A stretch of 64,000 nucleotides of DNA from Perkinsus chesapeaki ATCC PRA-425 (Eukaryota > Protista > Perkinsozoa), in contig JAAPAO010000083.1 in assembly GCA_013115145.1 (NCBI GenBank), positions 1-64,000 on the forward strand. Direction: 5' to 3'. A program made the position numbers and the translations under genes. Shown here piece by piece: positions 36,480-47,812 of this stretch. Below the pieces are notes generated by a model. That model worked only from the letters and a program-made list of their open reading frames with translations, ran no database searches and had not been told where the DNA came from. Each line of letters begins with the position of its first letter. The first letter of the stretch is position 1.

Positions 36480-36660
36480 GTAGTCCAATTCGTCCACTGC
36501 CAACTGGTCCAGTGATCAGCTGGTCCACGGACCAGCTCATCCAAGGACCATCTCGTACAATGGACGAGATGAGGTACCGATTCGTCCACCGCCGACCAGC
36601 ACCAACCCATCCAGTACCGATTCGGACACCAATTCGTCCAGTGCCAACTCGTCCACTTTT
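36480..36660. repeat. Cluster of short sub-terminal-type repeats, probably a non-autonomous DNA transposon interior
   Basis: Recurring CCAATTCGTCCA / CCGATTCGTCCA / CCAACTCGTCCA / CCAACTGGTCCA motifs. Confidence 0.45.
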
Positions 36661-36720
36661 ACACCCGCTCATATTAGCATTACTTTCGCGAGCGGCTCGC
36701 GAAAATAGTGCTAATATGTA

Positions 36721-36800
36721 TCCCATCGACCGTCTAATCTCTCATATCTTTAAACTCACCTCTCGGGGGGTTCAAATGTCCGACTATGTATGACTATCTC
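36721..36800. repeat. 80-bp direct repeat, copy 1 (copy 2 at 40077-40156)
   Basis: TCCCATCGACCGTCTAATCTC...TTCAAATGTCCGACTATGTATGACTATCTC; 78/80 identical by eye. Confidence 0.9.
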
Positions 36801-37621
36801 CGCACTCGGGCGTGCGGGCTGAAGGTTTCCTATGTGGATATCGGGCTATTTTGCTGCGGAAACAGCTTACCACTTCGCGAAAACCGCCCGGAAAAGACAG
36901 GGAACTAAGGAAGACCGCTGCACGCGGTTTCTGCTTCACGAAGGTTATGACGATATCTAACCACTCTAGCACTAAAGTATATAAGATGGAGTCTAAGTGG
37001 ATATGATAGATACCGAGATGATAGCTACCGATGAGTTGACAAGTTAGAATTGTGTGAGATAGCGATACGCAACCGTTCTGCTAAGCAATGAAGACCATCA
37101 GTTCGATATTGATGGAACAAACGAATATTCTTCAAGGCTTGGTAACCAACACAAACTGCACTGCAGCTCCTCATAAGGTAGTCAGGTAGTGCCGACTTCA
37201 CTTATACAAGGCCATGTATATCTCACTGAGCTTACTGAGGACTTCAATGAAACCCAATCCCTTTTATATAGCTTGATGGCTCCTAGGTTGTTATGGTCAA
37301 CATACAAGACCATAGCAAGGAAGTTGGGAGTGCTCTTGCCCTGAAAGATCGCCAGAATCAATCGCTCTTAATCACCCCCACTGCCAAAAAAGTCCTCGGA
37401 ACCACACTGTGTAAATTACACAACTCTTATTCTTATCGAGGCGGCATCAGTTTAGTTCATCGTAGTAAAGCACTCAGTGGTGGGTATTCCTTCACTATGA
37501 GACGCAGATGCCTGCTGCTCTTACCAAATTTATCATATAGTCAAGAAGACGAGTACCAATGCCTTTACCTTGACTGTCCTTGGCAACGGCAACCTGAATG
37601 TAAGTAGTCTCATCGAGAAAC

Positions 37622-38044
37622 TCACTCCGCTTGCACCTGGTGTATGAAACCGAAGATGCCTTTCGCTTTGGGCTTCTTCCTGATATGACATATCAATAGC
37701 AATCTATATCGTTAAATAAGCCAAAGTGAATCTCCCACATCTTTCTCCGGACTGCATTCTCCACTTCCTTTGAGAGCTGCTGATCTATAGTCACGACGAT
37801 GAAGCCAATAACGGTCTGAAGCGCAGACACACTGAACAAAGGAAACGTATACGTTGTGTCACACATTAGGGTCACTGTCCGAGTTAACCGCCACATAGCA
37901 AGGGGGGTTGTTTCTAGTTTGGCATTGAATCGTGAGTACAGCTGGATTATCGGGATAATTGTCACCCTTCTCATAGTTTCGGTAATCAACCCTTCCCAAA
38001 GTGAGGCATGCCAGATAGGCAAATAGTGGAATGTAAGGTTTCAT
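37622..38044 (-). CDS. Small secreted protein, family member A (3 exons)
   Basis: MKPYIPLFAYLACLTLG|RVDYRNYEKGD...PPCYVAVNSDSDPN / TVIGFIVVTIDQQLSKEVENAVRRKM / KKPKAKGIFGFIHQVQAE*. Exon structure is conserved with 45921-46371. Confidence 0.7.
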
Positions 38045-38205
38045 GGGGCGAATCAACAAAGCCAAGATCTAAAGAGTGGAGCCGAGCCAGTAGGCTGCAC
38101 GGCACAAGGACCCTGCGGTTTCCTGGTCAATCCAGGTGTAGTTTCGGTTGCCAATACCTACAAGGGAGCTGAGCCGCTCGTAACCATCACGACACCAAAA
38201 CCTCA

Positions 38206-38391
38206 TCAATCCAAGATGAAACAGCCACAAGGCGCCAGATGGTTACGCCGTTGGTACAGCTGATGCACAAATGTACTTAAACGCCGTGCAACAAGTAATA
38301 TGAAACTCCCATAACACGCAGGAAGAGCGTCGAAAGTTTCGATAGCTTCGTAGGGCGCTAGTCCTTGAAGGGTCTCCGTGAAGCGTTCCAT
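38206..38391 (-). CDS. Unknown ORF/exon, paralogue of 39213-39641
   Basis: IETFDALPACYGSFILLVARRLS...LAPCGCFILD aligns with the second copy. Confidence 0.45.
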   Translation of the reverse strand: MERFTETLQGLAPYEAIETFDALPACYGSFILLVARRLSTFVHQLYQRRNHLAPCGCFILD

Positions 38392-39212
38392 GAGCCCGCA
38401 TTGTGAATTTCACTCCCGGAGCGAGATTCTTCCTGAAAAAACCCACGACGTGAAGGAAGGGTTGTTGGAAATCCCGGAGTGAGGCTTTTGGTTTCTTGTG
38501 TCCGAACAGACTGTGTCGTAGTCCCGGTCCTCATTAAAACCCTGCTCGTGGAGCTTATTCGTCAACTGAGCCATAGTGCTGGGCGAAAGGACGAACTGCC
38601 GCGGAAGTTCCCCGAGTTGCATTCTAGCTCCTTCCTTCGGTCATATTCATAATTCCACCGTAACAAAAAGGCGAGATTACGTCGTATGCTGTTAAGTGTG
38701 CGTGCGTTGAACCGGTCAACATTTTCGCGCTGTCACTGCTGTGGACTGTGCAAAGCCTCAAACGGAGGGTGTCACGCCATGATGGTATCCTCATCACAAC
38801 CTTGGTGTTTCCCCGCCCACACTCGAGGAGCCTTGCCTGCGCTGCAAACATGTCCACCGACCTTGCACAATTTCATCTCCCCATATCTAGGTCACAGTGC
38901 TATATCTCCTGCTAGTGGTGAACACCAGGATGGAAAATGGCAACAGTAAGGTGGTCAAGTATGAATAGTGGAGTCACTAGCTCCACGGAGAACACACACA
39001 CCGCCGGGCGCGGTCATCTCGCAGCCTACGATCGACCCCTGCGGTTCACCATCGACCCGTACTGCTGGTTCGCCTAGGAGATTACTCTCATCGGTAGGCG
39101 AGTCTGTTTCCAATCTCGGAATTTCAATCACATTTCGAAGCAGAGCAGAAAAAATAGATGAAAAGTAGGATGGACAGAAATGATTCAATTGAACCAGTCA
39201 GACTGGTCCAGT

Positions 39213-39641
39213 CTACAAGGTGAGACCTGAAAGGTTCATCTGTGTGAAATATCGAGGGTAGTTGTAAACGAACTGGAAAGGTCTAAGTTGACAAAGGGGT
39301 GGTTCTGGATGCTCAGATCCCTTGTCGGCGTTTATTGCCAATGCCATCATGAGACCAGAAGCTCGTGGAAAATCCAGGATGAAACAACCACAAGGCGCCA
39401 GATCGTTATTTTTTAGGTGCTGGTCCAGCTGTTGCACAACAGCTGTTGCTGTTGCCGAGTTGCAGTTGTTACTTAACCGCCGTGCAACGAGTAATATGTA
39501 ATTCCCATAACATGCAGGAAGATTATCGAGGGTCTCTATACTATGCGTATCATACTTACAAATATGCTTTTCGAACGTAGAAAATATCGAATAAAGATCG
39601 AAGTGATGGTAGGGTGGAGAACTACACTTCTCCAGTCCCAA
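39213..39641 (-). CDS. Unknown ORF/exon, paralogue of 38206-38391
   Basis: IETLDNLPACYGNYILLVARRLS...DLAPCGCFILDFPRASG; 142-codon open frame. Confidence 0.5.
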   Translation of the reverse strand: MGLEKCSSPPYHHFDLYSIFSTFEKHICKYDTHSIETLDNLPACYGNYILLVARRLSNNCNSATATAVVQQLDQHLKNNDLAPCGCFILDFPRASGLMMALAINADKGSEHPEPPLCQLRPFQFVYNYPRYFTQMNLSGLTL

Positions 39642-40076
39642 GACTTTTCAAAGATCACCTTTGCAGAGGTTTGATGTTGGTGGAGTTACTGATGAGCTGC
39701 TGAGGGTGTCCATCAAGTGGTGTTGAATCAACACTGTTGATTTCATCATTGGGTTTCAGTGCAAGGTGACCCCCATCTTACCTTGCTAAAGATCAAAGTA
39801 GCACGTCAACGGGAACCGAGACATGTGTGAGGTCCAGAAAGACAGTTGGTAAACCAGGAATTGATTTCAATAATGGAGAGTAGATCTCGCGAATTATTCG
39901 CGGCGAATGGCATTCGCCGAATGTGATTTCTATTATTGATATGTCGCCGTTATGCGTCGTTCGAAACGTAAGTTACTTGTGATAAGTGGAACCGGCTAAT
40001 CGTTTTCGCAGACTGCGACTAAAGACTCTAGATCGCTCCTCCCTATCAATTAGTTTTCAAGTCTGGTTTCTATAGG

Positions 40077-40156
40077 TCCCATCGACCGTCTAATCTCTCA
40101 TATCTTTAAACTCACCTCTCGGGAGCTTCAAATGTCCGACTATGTATGACTATCTC
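40077..40156. repeat. 80-bp direct repeat, copy 2
   Basis: Near-identical to 36721-36800. Confidence 0.9.
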
Positions 40157-40516
40157 TGAGCAATCTCGCTAATGGGGCTAATCTATAGCAAGTGTGCTAT
40201 CCTTGTGCCCGAATTGCTTCATCGTGAACAACTTGTCAGTGACAAGTTACTACAAGAAAAGCGGCGTAAAACACACCGCTCGAATTAAGTCTTCAGCTAC
40301 AAAGGCTTCAGTAGAGCGGTGAGCCTGTGCGCGATCTACATATCGGGCCGCTGTGGAGGCTTTTTATTAAGACGGCACGACACCCCAGGCTACCCAGAAC
40401 ATGCTCAAAACAGTAATTCCGATGCTCCACCTGCTTAAAATGATGATTGCACGATTGTCATCATGGAAGCGGTTGGCAAGGTGGCGACGATATACGTGGT
40501 TCCGTGATTCCTAACG

Positions 40517-40597
40517 CAAACTTGACAGGTTTTAACCTGTAGCCAGTGGCTACAGGTTAAAACCTGTCAAGTTTGTCAAGGTGGCTACTAGCCACCT
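40517..40597. repeat. Long-armed double-palindrome scar (8-mer GTAGCCAC)
   Basis: Perfect 29-bp arms around G40546, then 9-bp arms around C40588. Confidence 0.9.
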
Positions 40598-41472
40598 GTA
40601 CAGTTGGCTTAGAATCCGCCGCTATCTCAGTGACGGAGACTCTAGCCTTGACTTTATTTTTCCTGTGTAGCGTATCGCTCTGTAACAGAGTAAGTTACTC
40701 TGAGTAACGAGCCTCTGTTAGTTGAACTTGCGTAAGTCTCTGACACAATCACTTATGCTGCTTGTATTAATACCGTAAATTGCGGTCCGTAATGCGGTAA
40801 CCGTATTAATAAGTTATTAATAATACGTTATGAGTCATAAACTCGTAACTTATGACGACCACCCAAAACGACTTCCGTTGAGTCTTTAATCTACAGTGGG
40901 TCGTTTGGAATGAAAGTCAGACTTTCAACCGAAGACTCTTCGGTTGGCTTTGTCCCGCTAGAGGCGGCCGAATAGGCTGCTGGCTTTACGATGCAGAATG
41001 TGGGAGCTGGGAAGGAGTTCTCACTAAGAAAAAGACTTCAGGGGTCTCCGTGAGTTCCTCATAGCACCTGTCAAATTGAAAGCGTCAGTTGTCTATCCTA
41101 GCCAAATTGGAATAATCAACTCAACACGTCGGCAGCTCGTCCCTCATTCGAGAAGTTGCCTAGAAATAGTTGCCTGAGCTGCCTTCTGTCGGAATTTACC
41201 AATTGAAGCGAGCAAGGACAGCATACTCGCATACTTGAGGACGTCAATTAGGCGACAGTTGTTGCCGACAACTTGCCGGAAAGCTAAAGCAATTTCGCGG
41301 ACATCATTGATGTCACAATGACAGTCACATCATGGCACTTCAAATATATAGTCCAATTGATACCGTGGTCCATGGTGCACCGTTTCTATATGATGAGCAG
41401 TAGTTAAGTTGGTCAGTTGAATCATAGTAGGGAAACCTGTTACCGTGGGCAGTTGAAAGCTTGTTGAACAAG

Positions 41473-44400
41473 ATGGATCTTGATGAAGTACGTCTGGAGA
41501 ACGAACAGAAACAACCGGACAGGCAGACCGAAAACGCTGAAGAGCGTGGGGGTGACGTTCACGAACAGGAATCGGCAATCGTAGAAAGGGAGGAACCTGT
41601 CGAGGACGAGAGAGACTCAACCGAGGGGGCGAAGGCAGAAATTGAAGGGGAGGAAGAAGGAACCGAGGGAGAAAGAAAAGGGGAGGGGGAAATTGAAAGA
41701 GAGAAAGAAGCGGTCGAAGGAGAGGAAAAAGAAATAGGAGGCAAAGAACTCGCCGAGAAGAAGAGCGAGGAAGTACAGATAGAACATCCACTAAAAATTA
41801 CTATCAATCCAGGTGCTTTCTGTATCTGAGGGAGGAGCAGACGATAATAGTGGCAAAGTGAGAAATATGACGCCAGCCTGACAAGCTACCACTGAAAATA
41901 TTGTAACATTGCCAATGTCAGGTTATAAGTGAAGAAGCGAATGAATTTGATGAGGTGGGAAATATGAGTGTCGTGATATGAAGGTTACATTTGACAGGCC
42001 GTCTCGGAGGAGAGGCATTCCTTAGAGGAGGTAGATACCGGAGAGGTAAGCAAGGTGAAGGAACGATAAACGTGGTATGGAACTTAACTATTGTGGGGAT
42101 TAAGCTATCTGGATGGGGCCAGTAGTATGAACAGTTATATAGATGAGCTAAGCAGTGGAACGCCGAGCACAGACATACCGGCACTTAGTATCTGAGTCTA
42201 GTTTAATACACATTTGCGCCCTTGCGTGCCGAATTGACCAATGCTTCCTGTTCATTTCCGAAAAGCTCGGAACTGGTGTGGTTTGTTATCAAATTGAAGA
42301 AACGGTTTACTAATTCAAGAGAGAGAAATGTTAGCTTTTGGTGTCTCAGCAGCAGAAGTCCGGAGAGTCTCTACGAGAAGAGGATGAACTCGCAATTGAG
42401 GTCTGGGATTCTACTTTTAAATATGCAGCTGTTTTATCAGACCATCGAGAATGGAGAAGAGATCGCTGTAGTGGATGAAACAGAAGAGTACGAGCAAGAA
42501 GACGTTGAAGCGGTAGGTTTGTAGGATGGTCAATATGCGAGCGCAATCGTTCCGGTCATGCGGTATGACAGGAATTTATTCGTTGACATATGACTCATAC
42601 TGTGAACCGCTTCATGGAACCGCTCGGCTATAAGGGAGAATTCCATGGAATTGCTATGAGAAGGGTTACTTGAATTGACTCTTATTCCCATCTTGACGCC
42701 TGCTCTGGAGATTGCGGGAAAGGGCCGTAGCCCGGGCATCAATAATGCACAGGTCTGCCGATCAAGTCTAGATTCTGAAGCCCGGGCAAACGCACTTGTC
42801 GCAAGGTTCAATACCTCTCCATGCGCTACCTCTGCAAACAGTGCCAGCGGTCTGGAAGCACTCTCATTTGCCAAGAATTGGGTCTACTGAAACGCTCTTC
42901 GCTTCACAATGACACTTTGTTGTGATCCGAAGATTTCTAAAACAGAGAGCATGTTTTACATCGCATGAGCTCCTCCTCAATTGGCAACATACATACACTG
43001 CCACTGGACGTATTCTTACGAAATCGACTTTCAGATAAGGCAACAGCAAGAGCTTGCGGAACTGACAGAGCAACGTAGCCGACTCGTCGATTTACTTGAG
43101 CAAGCGAAAGAACAGAAAGCAAGACTATTAAAGTTGAGACATAATCGTCACTTTCTGTTGTTTGAGAATCCGTACTTCTCAGAGATCGCGAACTACTGCT
43201 GGCCAGGGCGGCAAAATGGAAAGATTCTGAAGAGAAGAGAAATGGTGAGAATTCCTTCGCGCTCATGCCTCGATAGAACACTTTGACTGCTTAGAGGAAG
43301 ATGGCAAAAGGGAAGGAGGGAGGGAGGCGTCGAGACCGGAAGTGAAGGTGAGCGTGAAGGTGTAATCTCGACAATATACACCTTTGGCAGATTACTGACC
43401 ACAAGTATCTGACCCTACTTAGTAACGTTCACTCGGTACGTCTAAGACTGAGAGACCAAGAAGTGAGCTGCGAGTTGGAGAAGAAAGAATACCTTCGTTG
43501 TCAGGATCGAAGCACCAAAGCTGCCGATGACCTTCGGGCGGTCTTAGACGACAAACGAGCCAAGGTTGCAGAATGCAGGGATGCGTTAAGGTAGGGTCGA
43601 GCGCACGCTATTAAGGATGGTATCATTGTTGTTAGGGAATTCAAACGTCAAGTGGCAAGGAACAGCGAGTATATGGTTAGCGGGAGAAAAATGCCTCTGA
43701 AAATCATCCAGGTGAGGTGCTGGTGAATGTCAGGGGAATGAAAATAATAAGTGACCAATAGGCAGCAACAAGTTGGCGATCGACTCGAGCAGCTAGAAAC
43801 CTTTCAATCAATTGAGACAACACTGCCACACTGTTACAGCGCAGCCACTGCGTTGGACAGTGTCACTGTCCAATGCAAACTTCTCTACGCCCGACTTTCA
43901 ATCAGAAGTACGCCGAGAACATTCCTATTAGTCAGAGAAGTTAGTTTGAAATGAGATCTTACGTGCAGGAAGTCGAGGACTTTGAACTCGATAAAGATTC
44001 CGAGGTTGAGGAGGCCAGAGGGACTCATATATCTCTGAAGAACCGTTTGGCCAAGTTAGAGGAAGAACTGAGGAAGAAAGAACAGCTCGCTGAGGGGCTA
44101 CATCTCATAGGTGCAGCGGTGATAGGGCTTGTACAATAACCGCCTCTAGCACAGATTTCGAACAACTCAAGATAGAAAACCAAACACTAAGTGAGAAAAT
44201 AGAAGAAAGGCAGGAACAGCTGCAGAGACTTAAGAAGAAGACAGTCGGCACAATACAGGCAATTGCTATCGCTAGTGCGTGCGAAGCCACTGTGTGCCCC
44301 AGGTTTCGGCCCATGTGAGAGAGAAGCTAGATTTCTTGGAGAAGAGAGGGGAGAGTATACGGGCTTCGTTAGCGGAACTTGACAAAGTCGCAGACATACG

Positions 44401-44691
44401 CAAAGTGGTTCAATTTGTCGGTGTAGGAGTTGGTGGAAGAGCGAGATCTGATTGCCAGAGCAAAACGTGACAGAGATGAGTACCGAAATGAGAATGCCAG
44501 ACTCCGTCAGGAGGCTGGAATTGTGGATTCAAAGTTAATCGCGCGAGATCACGACAAAAGGTTACAAGTCTGGCCGATCGAAGTACCGACTCCATGCTTT
44601 CAGAAAAGAGAGGGTGGAAGAGCTCCTCGATACGGTCAATATCTTGCAGGAGAGGCACGAGGCTGTTATTAAATACATGTCCATGAGATAA
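41473..44691 (+). CDS. CFAP184: Coiled-coil ciliary protein CFAP184/CCDC96 (DUF4201) with an acidic N-terminus
   Basis: Exons give LRKKEQLAEGLHLI|DFEQLKIENQTLSEKIEERQEQLQRLKKKTVGTIQ|VSAHVREKLDF, the CCDC96-type signature. First exon is Glu-rich. Confidence 0.85.
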
Positions 44692-45920
44692 GACCCAATC
44701 TCTATAGCGTTGCTGTTTTCTCGCTAGAGTTCTTGAGACTTGAGTTATGGACTTCTCAACAGCTTTGTTAACCAAAGGAGCCCCAGAGCCGCATGGATGC
44801 AGCTGAAATGGCCATGATAATAATTACCATAACAATCTCAGTAAGATGTTAACGAACAGGAGTCATTGACTCTAAACTTGTGTATCTCATCAATATAGTC
44901 TCACAAACGACGCTACTGTATTCGATAATAGACTTGCTCACGTGATGAAAGACATTGGAAAGTAATCGGCCCCAAGTCTCATGTACCCGGTACCAAATTC
45001 GGGATAAACAGGCAATCGGAGTCAGACAGGAAACTCGACACTATCGGTGCAACATACATCGTCATTTCAAATGACTCCTTTGCAACTTGGTGGAAGTTTA
45101 AATCGCCCCAGTCACTGGGGCCCAGTGTGACTGCTTTCTCGGGAAGATCTCATACTAAGTTAGTATTACTAACTCAACATTGCCTCCTCGACCGATAATG
45201 ACGATGAAAAATGGAGCGGTATCAATGCTCTTTACTCTATAACAAACTCATTTTGGACTTGCGTGCTTCGATTGGGATCTCGCAAGCCAGTACAAATGAA
45301 CATGCTGGCTTCCTCGAACAGCAAAGCAATAGTCTAAATTGCTCAATGCTGCTGAGGTGCTCAATGCTTATAGATTAAAGCGAAGAAGAAGAAAGGCCAG
45401 TCATCTGATAAATCAACAGTATGCCACATACAACTGTCGGCGTTTACCCATGACATGTTGGAAACCCAGGCTCTTATAGAGTTTGATGGCACCTGGATTA
45501 TCTTGCCTAACTCGTAGGGTCATAGCAAGGCAGTCTGACTTCTCCTGACCCTGAAGTGCAAACCTCGAGACAGATGGCTGAAGTGCAATCATGAGCTTCG
45601 AACAACAAATTCAAACCTCGAGACAGATGACAGATGGTTCTGGAAACCGGATTCCCAATCAGTATTAAGTGCTTGTTACATCCCTAAGTTCAAAGTCACA
45701 TTGAAGGCCTTAGTTTCAGAGCTTCCCAACGGGGAGCCAAGTTAAGAGTTTCCTTAGAGAAGGAGCGAGGCTGTAATCATTACAAGCTTGATGGCATGAT
45801 TCATAAGTGTGGTACCAATACCCTTTCCTCGATGACCATCGGAAACATAAACCTAAAGTACGAAAAACATCAAAAAGAGTCCAATTTCAGTCCCCCTATA
45901 ATTGCATTGTGAGGTCGAGA

Positions 45921-46371
45921 CTATTGCACCCGTTGTTTAACCACCTCGTTTATATAGCCGAAGATCCCTTTCTTCTCTGGATCGGGCCTGATACAATAAA
46001 GGTCGGTGACGAGAAGATTCGGCGCCGGAACTGCAAAGTGGAATTCGCTCACAGTTTAGCTCTAACAGCTGCTTCTTCCTTTTTGCTTAACTTACGGGGC
46101 ATGGTCATCACGATGAAACCAGCAACCACCTGACACAACGATTACAGATCGACTCCACGGGAGTTACTCCGGGCAGCAAGCTCCATCTTACATGTCCCTC
46201 TTTTGGGCCGTTGACTGCTACGTAACATGGGATTCCCTCCCTGTCATCGCAGTCTTTCTTAATGTCAGCACCGGCACACTGGTCGCCATCCTCGTAGTTG
46301 CGGTATGTGTATGATGCTCCTGGCACCGTAAATACCAGAAGAACCGATGAAAGAAGGAGATAGGGCTTCAT
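45921..46371 (-). CDS. Small secreted protein, family member B (3 exons)
   Basis: MKPYLLLSSVLLVFTVPGA|SYTYRNYEDGDQC...IPCYVAVNGPKEGH / VVAGFIVMTMPRKLSKKEEAAVRAKL / PDPEKKGIFGYINEVVKQRVQ*. Confidence 0.72.
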
Positions 46372-47584
46372 TTTATCAAGTTGGATGGGTTGTGCAATAT
46401 ATACCACACTGCATGACATCCTGTCAACTTAGGTCAAATGATATGAACCCGTATGTGAATTGGTTCGGAAAGGATTATTCCACCATGCATGTATCAGCTA
46501 TAAACTTGCTGATAGGCAATTCTCTATTACCAGAAACGGTCATATGTGCCCATAACGATTGTTGTATTCCTATGCTGATGCTATTCTGTGACAGCATCTC
46601 TGTCACGACTGAATCGTGACAGAAAAATTCTCTCAGAAAAATTGTACTGAATGGTCCATCCTTCATGGCAACGACACCTGACCACCCTCGTTCAAATCGA
46701 CAAATTTACAGTACATCGTCTTGCTCTCCCATAGTCGACGGATTGTCGATACGTGCACTGTTACGGTGGCAGTGTTACCCATCCGACAGCACAACCACTA
46801 TAATTTTGTCTCGATGTGCACTTGTCTCCTCTGGCATCGACTAGTCGGATGAACTATGCTGCATCGTTCAATTATACTTTGCGCCAACTGGCGTCATGTT
46901 GAAGCTGCCCCATTATTCTCATGAGAGTCTCATCCTGCTTGCACACTACGCCCATTCGTTAGTCATCCCTTGAAACAGTGTAATTGTAGTAACTACTACT
47001 AGTAAGTAGATGAACGAATGTTTAGTCGAAGTGCCACTGTAGTACTGCCACTGTGGCAGTGCCAGTGCCACATACTGTTACAAAACCCACATAGCCTAAA
47101 ACGGGCTGTATAGCTTTCTTCAGTGGGGAGAGATGGAAACACGAATAGTAAGTCCTGCGTTGGCGTAGTTTCAGCGGCTGAGGTTCAGCTCTGCGCCAGG
47201 GCCCCTGACTAGTAGCACGCGAGAGGGTTTGAATGATGTACGCGGTTGCGTTATGATGGTTACCATTGAACTGCTCTGGTATTGCTCTATCATCCCAGTT
47301 CGATCATCGTGAGTTGTTCCCAAATCACGTTTTACGATTATCCGACAATCACGTGTACTCGAATGATTGCGGTTCGGTCATGCCTACTAACAAAACCCAA
47401 CTCCTCTAGTAAGTGGTGTGAGACATAAATATCGGGCAACCCCGTAGGTGGGAGGCCTAAGCCTGTTTATGTGAAGTGGAGTTCAACATATAGCGTATTG
47501 TTAGACAGATTCGAAGTTGCGCAAACTGAGCTCGCTGAGCCAAGGGTACTGCAACGGCCTGTCCAAACTACAGAGGATTAGGCC

Positions 47585-47812
47585 CTAAGCCTTGGGGCGA
47601 CACTCGAAGTCGACGCAGAGGCATTGGCCTCCTTCTGGGCAACTTTTCTTATCGAGGACGTTGCAGTGGCGGACAGGGCCGCTGCACAGACCAGCGGCGC
47701 ACTGACATTCCATACCAGGAGCGCAATCTCCTTGATGCTGACACTTCTTCCCGGCATAAACGGCCACGATGATGAAGATGAGAACCTTGCTTAGACGAGA
47801 GATCGAATTCAT
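47585..47812 (-). CDS. 75-aa secreted cysteine-rich peptide (10 Cys, two similar modules)
   Basis: MNSISRLSKVLIFIIVAVYA|GKKCQHQGDCAPGMECQCAAGLCSGPVRHCNVLDKKSCPEGGQCLCVDFECRPKA*. Confidence 0.75.
   Translation of the reverse strand: MNSISRLSKVLIFIIVAVYAGKKCQHQGDCAPGMECQCAAGLCSGPVRHCNVLDKKSCPEGGQCLCVDFECRPKA

Noticed and set aside
36409-36793. Gly/Arg- or Pro-rich ORFs on both strands
   Set aside because: Produced by short repeated DNA motifs of a probable non-coding element.
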